From Psittacicella hinzii (GTDB lineage: Bacteria > Pseudomonadota > Gammaproteobacteria > Enterobacterales > Psittacicellaceae): a stretch of 24,000 nt of DNA. The first letter of the stretch is position 1; each line of letters opens with the position of its first letter. Below, in pieces: positions 22,653 to 24,000 of this stretch. A program made the translations under genes and the position numbers. The notes beneath the pieces are model-generated. The model did not search any database, had not been told where the DNA came from, and saw only the letters and a program-made list of their open reading frames with translations. The DNA is taken from NCBI RefSeq assembly GCF_003585885.1, contig NZ_NRHC01000040.1:1-24000 (forward strand), written 5' to 3'.

Positions 22653-24000
22653 ATGGCAGAACCTTTAAAACTCAAAACTAAAACAGCTTCACCGAAAGGT
22701 AAGCTTGCAAGCGAGAAAACTACTTCAAAGACTAGATCTTCGAACAAGTTCTCTGGCAATAAAACCAATGCAACAAAAGCTAACTCTAAAAAAGCTTATC
22801 GCAACAAAAGTCGAGATAAAGCTAATCTAGATAAAAGTAAACAGCAAAAGCGTAACCTAGATAGTGAATATGTTAATACTAGCGATTTAAGTCAATTTGG
22901 CTTAACGCGCGTAAAAAGTAGCACTTTTACTAATCCACGTTTTCAAGCAGCTTTACTAATTAAAAGAGTGCTTGAAGATAAGCAACCGCTTAATATTAAT
23001 TTAAGTGGTGTAGTTAAACCTAAAGACATAGGTTTCACTTCAGAATTAGCCTACGGAGTAATTCGTAACTTACCACGCATTAATTTTATTGCTAATAAGC
23101 TCCTAACTAAACCTTTAAAAAAAGAAAACTACTTTAGTCAGTTTATTCTTTTAATCGGTATCTATCAAATTATTTATATGCGTGAAGCTCACCATGCTGC
23201 CGTATATGAAAATGTTGAGCTTAGCAAGCAACTATACGGCAAAGGAGTATCAACTATTATTAATGCTTGTTTACGTCAACTACTACGTGAACTTGATACT
23301 TATCTCGAAGCGAGCAAAGAAGTAAGTCTCCTACCAAAATGGTTAAGCAAAACTTTAGAGGCAAGAGTTAGTGAAGAGAAATTCTTACCTATGGTTGAAG
23401 CTCTTAACCAAGCTCCGCCTCTTTGGTTACGAGTTAATCAAGATAAAATTTCAGCAGATAAGTTCTGCCAACTCTTAAAATTTGCTGAAATAGAATATCA
23501 ACAACATCCACAATTGCCTCAAGCGATTTTATTAACTAAAGCTTTAACAATTGCGGATATCCCAGGGTATGAGCAAGGATTATTCTCTGTTCAAGATTTA
23601 CATGCGCAATTATCAAGTTTAATCTTAACGCAAGAAGTCCAAGACTTGGCTTTAAGTGAACAGCTAAGTAAAGCTAAAAATATTAATTTAAAAGAAGATA
23701 TTAAAGAGCCAATTATCTTAGATACATGTTGCTCTCCTGGTGGAAAAACCACTCATCTTCTTGACTTAATTCCAACTGCAAAAATGATCGCTACCGACAT
23801 AGATGCTGGCAGAATTAAAAGAGTATATGAAAACTTAAAGCGTTTAAAACAAACAGCCCAAGTTATTACAGCGGATGCTCGTTTTCCAGAACAATGGTTA
23901 CCGCAAGCTATCTCTAAGGTAAGTCAAGAGCAGCAAGTTGACTTAATGTTACTCGACATTCCATGCTCTGGTACTGGAGTAATTCGTCGTCATCCAGATA
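22653..24000 (+). CDS. rsmB: 16S rRNA (cytosine967-C5)-methyltransferase RsmB, 5' partial (runs off the window), with a lysine-rich N-terminal extension
   Basis: Open frame from the ATG at 22653 to the window end, translated manually and absent from the track because it has no stop. It has a NusB-like region (FTSELAYGVIRNLPRINF...IGIYQIIYM), PLWLRVN, the SAM motif LDTCCSPGGKTTHL and the catalytic motif LLDIPCSGTGVIRRHPD. The order def-fmt-rsmB matches E. coli. Confidence 0.9.
   Translation, partial: MAEPLKLKTKTASPKGKLASEKTTSKTRSSNKFSGNKTNATKANSKKAYRNKSRDKANLDKSKQQKRNLDSEYVNTSDLSQFGLTRVKSSTFTNPRFQAALLIKRVLEDKQPLNINLSGVVKPKDIGFTSELAYGVIRNLPRINFIANKLLTKPLKKENYFSQFILLIGIYQIIYMREAHHAAVYENVELSKQLYGKGVSTIINACLRQLLRELDTYLEASKEVSLLPKWLSKTLEARVSEEKFLPMVEALNQAPPLWLRVNQDKISADKFCQLLKFAEIEYQQHPQLPQAILLTKALTIADIPGYEQGLFSVQDLHAQLSSLILTQEVQDLALSEQLSKAKNINLKEDIKEPIILDTCCSPGGKTTHLLDLIPTAKMIATDIDAGRIKRVYENLKRLKQTAQVITADARFPEQWLPQAISKVSQEQQVDLMLLDIPCSGTGVIRRHPD

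Noticed and set aside
1-24000. CRISPR arrays, tRNA or rRNA genes, insertion sequences with terminal inverted repeats, and matS (GTGAC-N3-GTCAC) sites
   Set aside because: Scanning by eye found no regularly spaced repeats, no tRNA-like acceptor or T-arm other than the tmRNA, no transposase-like ORF, and no full matS match. GTGAC occurrences, for example at 5630 and 21886, lack the partner half-site.

Overview
AT-rich window from a gammaproteobacterium. The DapD protein is very close to the enterobacterial and Pasteurellaceae type, and a MatP homologue is present, which suggests the Dam/MatP clade. This placement is inference only. The window has two parts. (A) 1-8237 is a tightly packed array of about 19 genes, all on the + strand, and I recognise almost none of their products. 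The exceptions are an AlpA/excisionase-type HTH protein (2676-3074) and a helicase-less Toprim primase (6831-8237). The array holds at least two families of divergent tandem paralogues, repeated intergenic junction and leader sequences, a strong GC-rich hairpin, and a run of tiny single-pass hydrophobic ORFs. It looks like part of an integrative mobile element or satellite carrying uncharacterised cargo. Its left edge, and any integrase, lie outside the window. (B) 8433-24000 is core chromosome: dapD, matP, ssrA (tmRNA), a XerD-like recombinase, an e(P4)-type lipoprotein acid phosphatase, a MarC-family membrane protein, two tandem sppA paralogues, a Dam-family protein with an atypical NPPC motif coupled to a long xseA, then def, fmt and the 5' part of rsmB. 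The core oddities are a second SppA copy whose Ser/Lys dyad positions look shifted, the Dam-like motif degeneration, an expanded XseA coiled coil, a long tmRNA with an unusual predicted tag, and matP starting 36 nt after the tmRNA 3' end. No CRISPR array, tRNA or rRNA gene was seen. All homology statements come from by-eye comparison with remembered family sequences and need database confirmation.
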